Shown in pieces: positions 24,528-38,660 of a stretch of DNA of 64,000 bases. The notes below the pieces were generated by a model. The model was not told the DNA's origin and did no database searches. It saw only the letters and a list, made by a program, of their open reading frames with translations. The stretch's first letter is position 1. Every line of letters begins with the position of its first letter. The position numbers and the translations under genes were made by a program. This stretch comes from Laetmonice hystrix (Eukaryota): positions 36,706,001-36,770,000 of the forward strand of contig OZ249436.1 of NCBI GenBank assembly GCA_965235115.1. The letters are read 5' to 3'.

Positions 24528-25951
24528 GTTGTTGACTTGCGCACACTTTGAAACTGTTTGTTTGGAACAATTACTAGTAGTGCCTTGAGTCGCCGATAGG
24601 GATCCCAGACTGGTGACTACTGACGTCCCCGGGTAGACGTACGTCACTAGTACGTTCTTTGCTACTAATAGTAATAGACTCTAGCTATTATAGCCTGCGT
24701 TTGTTAGGCATTTTGACAATCTTCTTGGAAGTCCTATTAATTTGATTTGATTACCTTTCTTGTGTCAGAGATTCTAAGAAAACGGCCTTCTCTGACTGAG
24801 TGGAAGAACAGAGAACCAGCGTTGTAATATATAAGGCCTACCATAGCATATTGTCCTTGAAAAAACTTATAAATACCGGCCATAAAAAGCATTGCGTTGG
24901 GTTAGGCCTACTAAAATTCGCGGTAGGCCTATCCCAGAAATCGTGGTATGCCGGCTACGTAGGTCAAGGACAAGGGGGCTCAGTGGTGAACTCGCAATCG
25001 AACTCGCAGCGTGTTCACTAGAAACTTTATTACTTTTCAGAAAAATTTTAAAAAGTAGCAATTAATGTATTATTTCTAGCCTAGTCTAGAGCTCTAACAG
25101 TAAGACAAGTGTGTCACACCTCTAGGCCTAATTGGAACAGTAAATTTTTCATAAAAAGTTACATCCACACGTAAGAATAAGGGAAAGGCCTCTGACTTTT
25201 TATTCCCTTCCTCACTTATTATGAAGATGGGGGATAGTAAAGGGTTGAGAGCCTTCTTTTTTGGTTTAACTGGGACAGTGCACATGACTGTGATGACATG
25301 GGAGCCATCGGGGCCCGGCCTTTAATCTCCCTAACGTTACACGTACTGTTAAATGAAATGCATACTGTTACAGCACAGTCTAATGACAAATAAAAGCTAC
25401 TTTTCATATTTTGTCTCCTTTCTAACATTTGAAAAACATGGGGGAAAGCATTGACAAAAATATTTTAGAAATCTACGCCAGTGTAGATTAGGCCGACCGC
25501 CAAATCCCCAAATAGCAGTCTGATAATGACATAGGTCTTATGCTATGTCAGGGATCAGTGCTTTATTCTTTGCGAACTCCTTCCTTAGTGATAATTGACT
25601 CAAACGTATAATTATTCAACTAGATTCATCTTAATAGGATAAGGCTTCGTTAAAAATGCCATATATTTTAAAATGCCAATATTGATTAAACATATTCCCT
25701 CATGTTAACTTTACGAGAGATATAGGACATGCAGATGATTAGATTGGATGTATGCTCCCTTTGCAGTTTGACGTCACAGTTCACACATTTATAAACAACT
25801 TGACGGAAGGAGCTTGGAAGGCCAGACAGAAGCAGGCGGAGTGGGCATAGATCTTCCAGTTTTATTGTTATTTTGACTTTCCACAATTACCACAGAGAGA
25901 TAGATTTCAAAGGTAAACGTAGATTTCCCTATCTAGGGAGTCACTGTGAAG

Positions 25952-28900
25952 ATGGCCGGGGTCCTATCTCTCGTTTTGCCAATGTTTTTGGTGACAATAT
26001 GTGTCGCTTTCGACATGGCGCACCATCACAATTACGACGAGATGATTGCTGTGATGAAGAAGACTCAGGAGAAATGCCCTGAAATCACACACCTGTACGA
26101 CCTTCCTGGAAACCCAAATACAACGTGGGAAGACAGAAGGCTGGCCGTCATCATCATGTCTGAAGATCCTGACCGGCATACCCCAGGTGAGTGTTCAGTG
26201 TGACGTGCGAGTTGACCTGTCCTTCCAGGCCCAGCCTCAGGCTCAGGCTCAGTCGCAGCGTCGCCGTCGGGAGCCGACGCTCTGTCCGGCTGCCCCCCCC
26301 CCCCCCCCGCTGTGGACCACCAGTGAACAGGTGACACTGCCAGGTGTGTCGTCAAACTCAAGGCAGACATTCATTGTAGGGTGTCCAGCACTTTTTTGAT
26401 CTTTTGTAATAATCCCTAATATGTCTTTGCCATTGTATAGAGTAGGTTAAAACCAGCAAATTGATACCTCTTGCAACATTCTAGCACAAATACTTAAAGT
26501 TTTATGGACCTTTACCTATATCTGATTTGCAAAAAAATTCTGGCAAATTCACCTTTGTGGACTCTGCATCTACACAGATACAAAGAAGGCTCCGAATGAC
26601 AAGATTTATTGACTTTATTGGTCTTTAAAGCCGTTAGAGCCAACTAAGAAATGTTCTGGTAGTTCCATTCACTTCACATGAGTTTGAGGGGAATTAGTCC
26701 ATGTCATGTAACCCATGTCGCTGCTGGTCAAAATGACATGATGTGCCACGGCACACGGTTCATGCCTAGCCGCGGACAGTGGGCGCGGGTCCCGGGATGT
26801 GTCAAGCGTGTCCCCGGCACTTCGAGCAGGGCGAGAGCGCTGCTGCGGGACCCCGCGCTGCGGCGACCGCGGACCGGTGTACACCGTGGCTCGGGCCCGA
26901 ACTCTGCTACCCCCACTCCCCTTCTGTCTTTGCGCTCACGTGCGCTAAGCTATAATTATATGAAGTGATGTTTTCCTGACATAGAATTTGTCAACAAAAC
27001 GAATTAAGATTGTCCCAGACATGCCCAAACAGTTCTTCATATCCAAATTAACATTTGAAATGCAGCTAAAACTTTGAACCGTTATTATTTATGTTTATTT
27101 ATTTACAGTAGACATTGGTAGATTTACCTTAAAACTATACCATTTTGAAGCAGAGTTATCCATTCTTGCGCTCGAATGTCAAAAAGAGGCAAAAGATGAC
27201 CCATTTATGACGACAAACAGCATTTATCATGTGACCACCCCAGCTCTCAAAATGGAGAACCAGGTCACACAGCCACAGATTGTTTACAAGAACGACCTAC
27301 TTCACGTGTGCCACTAAGTGGTAAACGTGACAAAAGGTGTCCATTTCCTAGCTGCGATTATTCAAAAAGTTCTTTTCTTGCATGTCAGTACCTTAATCAT
27401 GTGTGTAAGCTTATAGTAAGATGTAGAACAGCTGGTTTAATGACAGAGGATTAGCATTGTGCCAGATACGATGTTCAATATGGCGGCATTCGCTGGACAC
27501 CCTATTCATTGCATGTACATGATAAGACTAAGGCTCCTAATTATATATTTTTTTCATCAGACCTCGTTAATCCGTGATTCTTTAATCCGTTATACATTTC
27601 CTCACAGTCCAAACACACTTTCTGGTAACCTCTATTTAAAATTATGTAGTAATCTGGGGCTGGTTTTACTTAAGGTCGCGGGATAAAATAGGTTCCTTTC
27701 ATTTCATGGTCTTTTTAACCCTGTTTTCGCCGTGAAGATGGCCCCAGATGCCGGCACGGCGGAAAACCACCACTACTCACTCACTCACTTAAGGTCGTTA
27801 TTTAACGATGTCGCTAATTTAACATAGAAGTGAATGGTTGCTAGGTCGTTATTTTCGACCTAGCAACCATTCACTTCTGTGTTAAATTAGCGACGTCGTT
27901 AAATAAGGACCTTTGGTAAAACCAGCCCCCGTGTGGTTTACAAACCGAACCAGGACCAGAGATGACCCATGAAAAATATCAACTGGCTTCGCACTAATAA
28001 ACCATCAGTGATATTTTTCGCGGGTCATCTCAGGTTATCTCTGGTTCTCCAAGGTCATCGGTATTAAGGGTTTTCAGATTGTTTATTGGTGCTTCCAGTT
28101 GATACGTAGGCCATCTCGGGTCATCGGTATTAAATTTAAAGGGTGACCCTCTGACTGTAGACCTGGGGCCATATATCGAGTGGGAGTGGGCCATATTGGC
28201 TGGGACTGGCCATATCGACTGGCATATGAGGGAAAGATGGGATTTCAAGCGGGATTGTGTTGGTTCAAAATCAGTGGTCGTTAAATTGGTAGCCCGGGAG
28301 CCCGGGACTACCAAAAAATAATACGGACAACTATACTGACAAAGTGTGGTTGCCCGGGGGCTACTGGGTAGTCCGATTAGGGGAGCATCACAGTCAGTAG
28401 GCTGGCGGTAGCGGTGACTGGTAGCTGGACATTTGTCATCACAGCCTGTTATAACTGTGAAACCACAGGGGGCCGACTGTGGGGTTTCTTGCAGAGCAGT
28501 GGTCATGGTGGAGGGGGAAGCAGGGTGGGGGGGGGGGGACTGGCACTGCTGGCTAAGCCAGTGCTCACTCATCCTGGCTGTAGGTGCCACCGGGCCAGCT
28601 GACCCTTGTTTTGGTTGAAAATCGTCAGCCGCAGATCATGAGAATGGCAAGTTGTCTTGTTCATCATGGCATGTTAAAACACAAACATGCACGCACGTGC
28701 AATGATAAAACATAAACGTGGATAAAACTGCTGACCACGTGCGTGTGCGAGTGTAGCAGCCAATGTGGCAAATGGCAGGACTAACCTCCTGCCTGGAATG
28801 GGCTTGGCTTTAGAAAAAACACCACACCCCTAACTTTGAGCTGGGACCCTGGGGTAAAAAAATGCGGCGATCTTTCCAGTATACAGTATTTTGGAAGCAT

Positions 28901-31900
28901 TATCCTAACCAACCGACATCGTCACCAACCTTCCACCATAGTTAATTCCAATTCAGCAGCCTCTCTATCACCATGATAGAGAGGCTGGAGTTGTTAAAAC
29001 AATATTAATAAAATTTTACACTAGTATAGAAGTTATTTGAAAATATATAATTTATTTCAAAAGGGATATACACTATTCTTCTGATGGAAATACGGGCAAC
29101 CACTCTAAATTACGGACAACCACTACCACAAAAAGTGGTAGCCCATGGACAACTGCTTCAAAATGGGATTTGTCAAGCACTGAAAATGGTGAACATTTCA
29201 GAAACATTTATTTTTAAAAATATATCAAGGGGGGTCTAGGATAGTACCTCTTTTCACTGTGGACTACCGTGGACTACTGCAGGGTTAGAGCTAGGCCAGG
29301 ACATGTTTTAGCCAGGTTTTTGCCACCTGTGCCGTAATTCGCCGAATTCCATCAGTCTTAGTCAATAAATAATAATTCATACAGTGCAGGTGGGGAGGGA
29401 GTGGGCAGAGCTAGGCTCGTTTCCTGGCTTGCATAGGTTGTCATCACTTTGAGTGGCAGTAGACATAGTTTTAGTAGTTAGAATGGTACAATGTAGGCCT
29501 AAGTTCTTTGGCCCTTGTTGGTCTAGGACTAAGGACAAAGTAACTGGGCAATTTTAAATTACACAACGTGGCAGCAAATATAGCCATTTTTATTTAACTG
29601 CTGTATAAAATGTTCCTGGTGGGTGGTGCATGACTGTGAAAGCAGTTAGTGACTCAATAGATCAATATTCCCCCTACATAATCTACTGCAAACTGTATAC
29701 ATGGGGGGTGGGGTGGGGGTCTTCCTCATATGTTTGCTCTTATGTGGCTTTGTGCAAGTGTGTGGGTGGTGATAAGTACCAGTAATATTACTAATAACTA
29801 ATATTATTATGATGTTATCTTGAAAATAACAAATGAAAATGGAAGGGGGGCAGGTTTGATAATCGCTTAAGTTAAGGGTAATTATCAGTCGATACATTAC
29901 GTGAGCTGCAAGACACTTCAGCTCACCCTATATTGGAATTATATTTTATATGATCTTGAATATTGTTTACAAAATGTAACTAATATTTTGTGAATCTGTA
30001 TGTTTAGGCAAGCCAGAGTTCAAGTATGTGGGCAACATGCATGGAAATGAAGTAGTTGGCCGGGAACTGCTGCTGAAGCTGATGGACTGGCTATGTACTG
30101 AGTACAAGGCAAAGAATAAGGAAGTAATGAAACTGATCCAGACAACCCGCATCCACATTATGCCTTCAATGAACCCAGATGGCTGGGAGCATGCTTTTGC
30201 CAAAATGAATAAGAATGTAAGTACAGACATGTTTAGGATGGTAGAAATTGGTGACCATAATTTTCGGAGTATAAGCCACACTTTTTTCTTCCTCAAATTA
30301 ATAATGAATGAGGGGTGCAGCTTATACATGTTCACATGTGTCTGGAGACCATGTCAGCCCATAAGTTAGACTTTCGGGATTATATCGTTGATTCATTTCG
30401 ATGTATACTGGTAGTATTCAATGTAAAGTACACATGTAATGTTTTTACAAATGGATAGATTTTAAAAAGAAATAGGCAGATATAGACAGAGCGAGAGAGA
30501 GAGATATGAGGCCAGATTATCATTTGCTTTATGCCATTAACTAAAAGCTATGATGTTCCTGTTAATGCCCATTGTTTTACGTGTAAATAGATGCTGGCTA
30601 TGAGTATGACAATGAGATGGAATCCAAAAATAAAGGTGTGTCAATGGGAGGTGATGGTGACAGTGGTATCTGGACAGCTACTATTCATACTAAGGCCAGG
30701 CTGGCACAGCACTTCACGGATACACTTTTCAGCATGTTTTATACAGGGATGACAATCTTCTGCAGAACCCCTGAAATTATTGTTTATTTGCCCGTGGACC
30801 CATTGGGGGCCTGGGTGACCCCCATACCCCCTGCCTCAATTTATGATTCTTCTGTTTCTTTGGGCCTAACTGAGCTATGGTTGGTATTGGAAACATTAAT
30901 TTATTCTTTTTCTCTGAGGTTTGCTCCAAAAATGGTCTATACCGAGGCTTACTGGTGGTATACTCTCAAATTACTTTAATTGATTATGATTTATAGGAAA
31001 GCATCAAAGAATACAGTTGACTTTCCAGTACCTAAATCCAGCGTGTTTTAAGAGATTTAAGAGCCATTTTAAATTAATTATTTGATTTAGTATGTTAATT
31101 TTGATACTTCAGGGAGGCAAAGTAGACTGGCTGGTTGGACGTGGCAATGGGCATGATGTGGATCTTAACAGAAATTTTCCAGACTTAGATCAGATTGCTT
31201 ACTCTAATGAAGCACATCATGTATTCCAAAATAGTGAACTTTTAGATGAAGTTAGGACCAACAAACAGGTAAGTGTTTCTAAAACGCAATAAAGTAAATT
31301 AAATGGATTAAAAATGAAACTTGGCATTATGCATAGGTTGATAAGTAAACTATGAAAAAAGAGCACAGGTGTCAGATGACTGAGCATGAGTGGTAAATTA
31401 ACTTGAGGTTAAAAGGAAACCTCATGCAGTGCTGCATTATGTCTATAAATTTAGAATTTAAAAAAGAAGAAAAAATGTCAATTGCTTTAACTTAAGCTTT
31501 GGGTCCTTTTAGCTCGAGCCAGAGACCAAGATGGTTATTGAATGGATAATGAAGTATCCATTTGTGCTGTCGGCCAACCTGCATGGTGGTGACTTGGTTT
31601 CAAACTACCCATTTGATGAGAGTCGCAGTGGACGTGCACAAGAGTATACCAAAAGTCCTGATGATGCCACATTTAGGTAAGATGGGACAAGAAAGGTCTA
31701 GTAGTCTTTGACATTTTGAAACAAAGAAAAGAGATTATGTGATATTCCTTCCAGATAAATCTGTCTAACATTTAAAAAAATCGGATTATGATAAAGAAAA
31801 TTAAGCACTTATTAATTAAGCACTCCTTTATTAAAGATCATTGGTAAAATAATGTTGAGGAAATCTCTTGATTATTTTTGCTGCAGGTCCCTTGCAGAAT

Positions 31901-34900
31901 CATATGCTCTTGCTCATGCTACCATGGCTAAACCGCACAAGGCATGTGACATGACCAGCAATGACAAATTCTACAAACAGGGAGGCATCACAAACGGTGC
32001 CGCATGGTACTCAGTGGAGGGAGGTGAGCACCATTAGTTTGTTTGGACTTATCTGGTGAAAGCAAAATAACTTTAGGTCCAGATGTATAATTTTGACCCT
32101 GACTTCTGCAAATATAAAGCCCAGTTTTAAAGATTTGATAGAACTATAAGATTATATCTGTTGGTCTTAGATTATGTATACTGCACAACTGTTAAATTTA
32201 GGCCTAATGGGAGATAGTAATTAGCAGTGGTAATTAGTGGACTGAAAAGAGCCAGTTTTTGGACACTACTGGTTGAAAAGAAAGTGGACCCCCTGTACTC
32301 TTAAATTTGTCTCTACAAAGAATGGTTTGTCACATATGTTACATAGGACACCTGTGTTGTGGCATCAAATACGATTAGGCATTACCCTAAATTATGTGAA
32401 ATTTTCTGACAGCTTGAAACATCAAATGAGATGAACTCCTGTTAAGCCACTGCATCAAATGGAACAGCCCATGATAACACCTGCTAAATACTTCTTTTGT
32501 AAACTGCATTCATGACTGTTTTCTTGATCACTTTTTCTCTAGGTATGCAGGACTTCAATTACCTCAGTAGTAATTGCTTTGAGATAACCCTGGAACTTGG
32601 ATGTGAGAAATTTCCAAAAGCCAAAGATCTGCCGGGATACTGGAAGGACAATGCTAAGGCTTTGATGAATTACATGTGGCAGGTTGGTATTAATTCTAGG
32701 GCCACTAGCCATTGGGAAACATTTTTAGGGAAAGGAGAATTTAGATTTATATAAAGGAATATATAGATGTATTTATATTATAGATAGCCGTGGCTGAAAG
32801 GTAGCCACGGGGAGGGTTTGGGCATCAAGGTCAGGGAAAAAACTTTTCTGAGAAACTCTCTGGTCTGTTCCCCTCACCAGTTGAGCACACCTGATCCCCC
32901 CTCCCCCGATTGCCACGTGCTGGGGAAAATAGCGCTGTGTCCATCAAGTATTTCAACAGGCACACTTTAGAAATAAGAATTTTGGGGGGTTAATACAAGT
33001 GTGATAAAATTCATATTCTTTACAATCTGTGAATTATCATGACGGCTGTTACCCTCCTACCTTACTCAAGTTGTGGTACCACCTTATGGTCCGTGCTTGC
33101 GTGTGGTGCCCTCCTGGTGGTCGGGGAATGAACCCAGAGCCTGAATTGATGTTTCTAGGCAAGGCAGTCTATCTTCTTTTTTTTTAACTGGAAGCAATTC
33201 AGTTAGATTGTTAATGACCTTTCTTCATCGGCAGAGCCACATTGGCGTGAAGGGCTTTATTCGTGATGCTCAGACTAAGGAACCTATTCCTCATGCAAGG
33301 ATCCATGTCTACAATGGAACCAAGGAAATCCAGCATGACGTATTCTCAGGTGAGGTAGCACCTGTGTAGTCATTTGACAAGGTCAAGTCTATCAGTTCGA
33401 GGATTAATTCTCACAGGTCTTACTATTGATACTGCTCTTGTATATAGTTCAATACATTCTTGACGCATCCACTTTTACACTTATTTTCACACAACTGATT
33501 CTTTCTACTTGTTTCTTAGCTCACGATGGCGATTATTGGCGGCTCCTGCTGCCTGGGACATACACTCTAGAAGTTACAAAGCCTGGCTACATAACCTTAA
33601 AGAAGGAGGTGACAGTCACTAACCCAGAGGAAACAGAGGCACAGATCCTGAACTTTGACCTCCAGCCAGAATCAGAGCCGGAGGAGGAGGAGAGCCATTC
33701 AGAAGAGGGAGAACCACAGGAGAATGACATCATCCTTCCAGGGGTCAGTTATTACATGGGTCCCATCCAGGATGTAGAGAGAGATTTCCCCCCCAAACAA
33801 AAAATGCACACACACAAATATGTTTTAAACAATTTTGCTAGAATACAGGAAGAAAAGGTGTACTCTGGTAAAAGAAACACTCCGTAGACCTATACTATGT
33901 AAATAAGATTCATGTAATTAAGGTAAAGTTTCACACTTGTTACTGAATCTCCAATTTCAGAAAAAGGGAAATCGTCACCGTGGAAAGGGAAATTCTTTAA
34001 TAAATGATCTCAAACAATTGATGGTGAGATACACACTTAAATTTCTGCAAAATACTGTGCACAGATTTTACTCTATAATACATACTAATACCAATGAAAG
34101 TTCAATTAATAATTAAGTCTCTTCAAATGCTGACATGGCCTCTGCCTGGATACTAACGTCTTGGTTTTAAGGTTTCAATTAGTGTACGTAAGACATCTGG
34201 GCATTTAGGATGCTTCTCCCTTCCTTGTCCAGACCTTCCTTTGAATTAATCCAAGATATTCTGTCAGTTTACACCATTTTCCATGGGAAAGTTTGCTTTG
34301 AATGGAGAAATGCTATGCCAGAATCCTGATACATTCAGATTATGTTTACAACATCAAGTGGCCACTACATTGAATCTTTATTATAGAGAACTATAATGGG
34401 TGGCATGGTTTGCCTGTGAATTGTTCTGAAACTTTTCATTTAGGGAAAATAAGAATTTGTAGGCAGTAACTTGGAATAAATTAAACAGCAAGCATAACTG
34501 TTAACAGATGATAACTCTACTTTGAAAGCTGGATGAATGATAGAAAGCTGAGTAACATAATTTTATAATGAAGTTGTGATTACCATTACTACTAATGATG
34601 TGGATTTTCATTTAAATATTGGAAATTGCTTAAATACTGTTTAGTTTTACGATTGCAAGTAAATATCTTGTATTAAAGAAAGTAACAACCAAAGAGACAA
34701 TGTTGGTAATATTTTGATACCCATAAGTACGATTTGGTAAGTTAATAATTTTGAAGGTATAATGATCAAATTTTCCATTGAATGTTGCAGGAAAGAGAAG
34801 AGCAGCTGAATGGTGTGAATGACATTGATGTAAGTATTATGCATCATTATATTGATGAAAAGGATGCTGAGCAAGCTAGAGAATAGGTTGATATAGCGCC

Positions 34901-35451
34901 CTGTATTTTAGCCTGTCATCAACCATGGTGGATGGTTCAAAATTTTGGCCTTCTCCAAGATTTAAAACAATTTCTCATGTTTCTTTTACTGGCTTAGTGT
35001 GAACTCCCACCCACCAATCAAATACCAGCTTTATATAATAATGTCATTATTTGGTCCATTGTATTCTGACAAAGTCATCTCCATAGAGGCCCCATATAAG
35101 AGATTTTCAACATGTTGACGATCAAATCAGTATGTCTGGTCGCCCCTCACAAAGCAGGGGACTCTCTTACCATTGGGTGAGTGGGGTCTGAGGGGCATGA
35201 CCACCTATTCAAAATCATAAAGGAGCAGTTTATTATTTTTTGTATGTCATAAATTTCTAAAATATACATTGTATCTGTGCTTCAGAGGCAGATTGCATGT
35301 GCTAATAAATGTTTTGTCTGACTTACAGCAATACTTTGAAGTCCCAGAGGAATACGCATACGCTCAGAACTCGTATCGCAAGCGTTTGACTGATCTAAGG
35401 CGGGCTCTCTACGACTATTGGCGTAGTGTGGATGGAACAGCTGAGGAGTGA
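25952..35451 (+). CDS. CPE: Carboxypeptidase E-like M14B metallocarboxypeptidase (neuropeptide processing), spliced
   Basis: Exons 25952-26186, 30008-30216, 31113-31268, 31513-31676, 31887-32023, 32543-32682, 33235-33349, 33520-33743, 34791-34829, 35329-35451. Signal peptide, [68 protein letters not shown], transthyretin-like [12 protein letters not shown]. Single catalytic domain. The last two exons are less certain. AATAAA at 37492. Confidence 0.9.
27656..27929. mobile_element. PIF/Harbinger-like palindromic MITE carrying an inserted SINE 3' end
   Basis: GGGGCTGGTTTTAC...GTAAAACCAGCCCC termini and a near-perfect hairpin at about 27798-27906. Insert at about 27679-27787 ends in (CACT)n and is flanked by duplicated CTTAAGGTCG. 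Confidence 0.75.
28272..29182. mobile_element. hAT5-like non-autonomous element
   Basis: Imperfect TIR CAGTGGTCGTTAAATT / GATTTGTCAAGCACTG, 5-bp TSD AAAAT, and subterminal gtagccc/gggctac motifs shared with the 16660 element. Confidence 0.6.
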
Positions 35452-38354
35452 AATTAAAGCACTGCCATTGGATGACAAGGACAGGAGACAAAACTAGAAC
35501 ATCAGAAATTCGCCCATATTTAGGGCCTTTCTAATTCACACAGTTCCCAGACGCAAAATACAACGTACTTCTGGTGGATCCAAGCCTTATTTAGTTTGAA
35601 CAATAAAGAAAATTCTGATTGGCATACATAGACAGGTATTACATTGGGAACTTTGTGTATCAGAAAGAAATATGGTGTTCAGGTGATTGTCATTGACATC
35701 AGGCCTTGAAGCATAAGATTTTGCAGTGAAACCGCTGGACTTATATTGATAATTTATGGCGAGGAATTGATGAACTGTTTGTTTCCAGTATTGGAAACTC
35801 AGTTTTCAATCAGCTCATTTATATTGTTACTGTTTAAACATTCCAAACGAAGGAAACGTCTTTGGCAATTTTAACGGCTTTTATGGACATTCCAAATAAT
35901 GGTAGTGAAAGTTTTATGTAGCAGAGGAATCACTGCATTGGTTATATTTGATTGGTAATTGTCTTGTGGTGAAATTACTGCAAACCTTGCTGCTTCAACC
36001 CTCTCCAGAGAGCATCTTGGAAAGTCTGCCTGCTGCTTAGTGCACAGACAGAAGGTTCACATTGCTCATGGAGGCGAAGCAACATACTGGAGTCAAGAAA
36101 CTATACTAATTTATTGTAAAAGTATCAAGTAAAGAAGGAGTCAATGATGAAGGTAACAAAAGGCGGAACAAAGGGAAGGAAAACTACTGAAGGTATTGAA
36201 CCTAAGGTTGCACTAGGAGCACATATTTGTTCAACGTTATTCGTGACTTCTAGCATAGACAAAAGCCGTTGTTTTGTGTAGTGAACGTACAAAACGAGAC
36301 TGCCCTTCCCTAAGAACACCGTATCAAGGTTCATATTATCCTATTCTTAAATATTGTAGTCATTAAACAGACAAATGGTAAGTTCGTCGGTAAGCATTTA
36401 TCCCTCGTTCCAGTTATGGGCTACAATATGCAAATCAACCTGCAGACCGCAAATTCATAATACAAATCTGTTGGTGCACTTCAGGATATATGACTTGGAC
36501 CATCGTGTAAGACTTTAGACTACATTTTGGGATTTTAGAAAAACTAAAGTCCAAAAGAGCATTGTCTAATTTATAGAAAGATTAGAAGAAAAGGTTGATA
36601 ATTGGTGTCAAAGGCAACTTATGATAAAACAAAAGTCCCCTAGAGTGTTCATACTGCCAGTGCCCTGTGTTCTATCGTATGGTATGGAGGCTAATCTCAG
36701 GAGATTTAAAGAACCAATATATTTTCGTAAAAAATAAATTGTGATGATGTTAAGCAAACATCAAAATTGGGTTATCTAAATTCAATTATTATAGTATTAT
36801 GGAAACTTACTCAGAAATGCTTGTCTAGTCAAATAAGTTGAGTATTGAGAGTCAATAATGCTCTGAGTCAGCAGGACTGGCGTCTAATTTGGTCCTGCCA
36901 ACTTGATGTTAAGGTTGAATATGTCTGGTCAAAGGCCAAGAATCACTTTTAGGCAGTTTATAATGTAACTGACCATTCTGTATTAACAGAAAAACCTAAA
37001 GTAATTTAGCAGTGAATAGGTGACCGCAGGTTTTGTTGTTTGGCCTGTGAATGTGATATATTAGTTGGTTTAAAGGAGAGGTTAAGTCTGGTTAAGTCAT
37101 ACTACATATCCATACATTTAGAGTTTCATGTAGCAATTAACAGTGGTTTTTGTGACACCCGTACAAAATCGGAATTAACAATATTCTGTGTTGCCGTTTC
37201 AGTTCAGTGGATACATAGCAAAACTACATTTCTCTATTTCAATTATAATGTGAATGCGATTGTTTAAACTGTAGAATTAGACTGTATTTATGTGCTAACC
37301 CAGTCCACATAAAGAGGTATCAATCATGTAAGTCGATTTAGGTATATGATAGATCCTTTAGGATGTGAATTTATTCAACCTGTAATGTGTTGGAAAAACT
37401 AATCTACCATTTATGGATTTCTTTCATTTATATTCAGAATATATGCTTTAATGTAATACAAACTTTGGCTTCTCCCATGTTGAAATAATTTAATAAAGGT
37501 ACATTCCTTTGCAATATTCATCCCAGTGTGTTATGTCGCGGTTTGCTTGATGTATGTACATGTATAAGGTGGGCCGTAGACACATGCAAAATGATAACCC
37601 TGGAGTCAGCTGGGGGGGCGGAGGGGGGGGGGGAGGGGGGGAGCCTTCCCCCTGGATCCGCCTGGCCATGTTGGGATAGGCCTACGGATGGGACATTCCA
37701 ACTCTACTAAGTAGGCTTAATCGACAATAGTGTAGGTCTACTTTTAATAGGTGTTTAGGAGTGGGCCGCGTGTGGCACAGGGTGACTTGTAATTATTCAG
37801 AGAGAGTATCATGCCTATCATGATTGAACTACTGGGAATTAGCCTTTAAGTAGTCTATAGGCCTATGGTTGTAGGGACCTCCATGATAGGTCTAAACTGC
37901 AGGCAGTAGGCCTAGGCCAATTTGGCGATTGAAGAAAGACGATTATCATAAATTTGTTGTCATTTCTTTTACAATGTATTTGTATTTTACTGGTTTCTTG
38001 GGAGGGCATCCTCCTTTCTAAATAATTTTTCTTCTTGTTTTTTCCCACTTTTAATCGACTAAACATCAGTAGGCCTAGGCCTACATTTTCTTTATTGACT
38101 GGGAAATATATTTTTCAAGTCAGATAACATTTCAAAATGGGCCGAATCATTTCTTCATGAACAAACTAGGCTATATATATTTTTACATGGAACAAACTAT
38201 TTTTTTTATGATGTAGTTTGATGAACAGACTATTTTTTTTCTATGTTTGCTGAACAGATTTTTAAAAAAACAACCCCCCCCCGAAACAACCCCCCCCCCC
38301 CCCCCCCCATCCCCTTCGTATTGAAATGGTCCGCTGGCGGCCCATGTTTAATTA

Positions 38355-38509
38355 AGTTGGTTCTCGGCTCCCTCGCTAGGTGGCTCTGGTCGACGCGAGT
38401 AGCCCTGACTGGTTCCCTGTTCAACTCCTATCGGAGATAGAGGGAGGACTGGGCAGGGGACCAGTCAGCGAGTAGCCGAGCCACCTAGCGAGAGAGGCGG
38501 GAACCAGCT
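38355..38509. repeat. Palindromic (hairpin) element upstream of SRFBP1
   Basis: AGTTGGTTCTCG..CTCGCTAGGTGGCTC..CTGACTGGTTCCCTG mirrored by CAGGGGACCAGTCAG..GAGCCACCTAGCGAG..CGGGAACCAGCT. Confidence 0.7.
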
Positions 38510-38660
38510 CAGCGCATGGCCCTCTCTGCAGAGGGAGGTCAGTCCGTTCACTTCCGCTCCACATGGCTCTGATGTCGTTTTAGGTGAATGGTTGGTAGAC
38601 GAAGCTGAGGTTTACGTCTGCATTGACCACCGTCTACCAGGGTGAACTTTGCGAGTCAGT

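Noticed and set aside
28030..28590. 186-aa minus-strand ORF inside CPE intron 1
   Set aside because: Overlaps a non-autonomous hAT-like element and low-complexity G/C runs. No recognisable domain.
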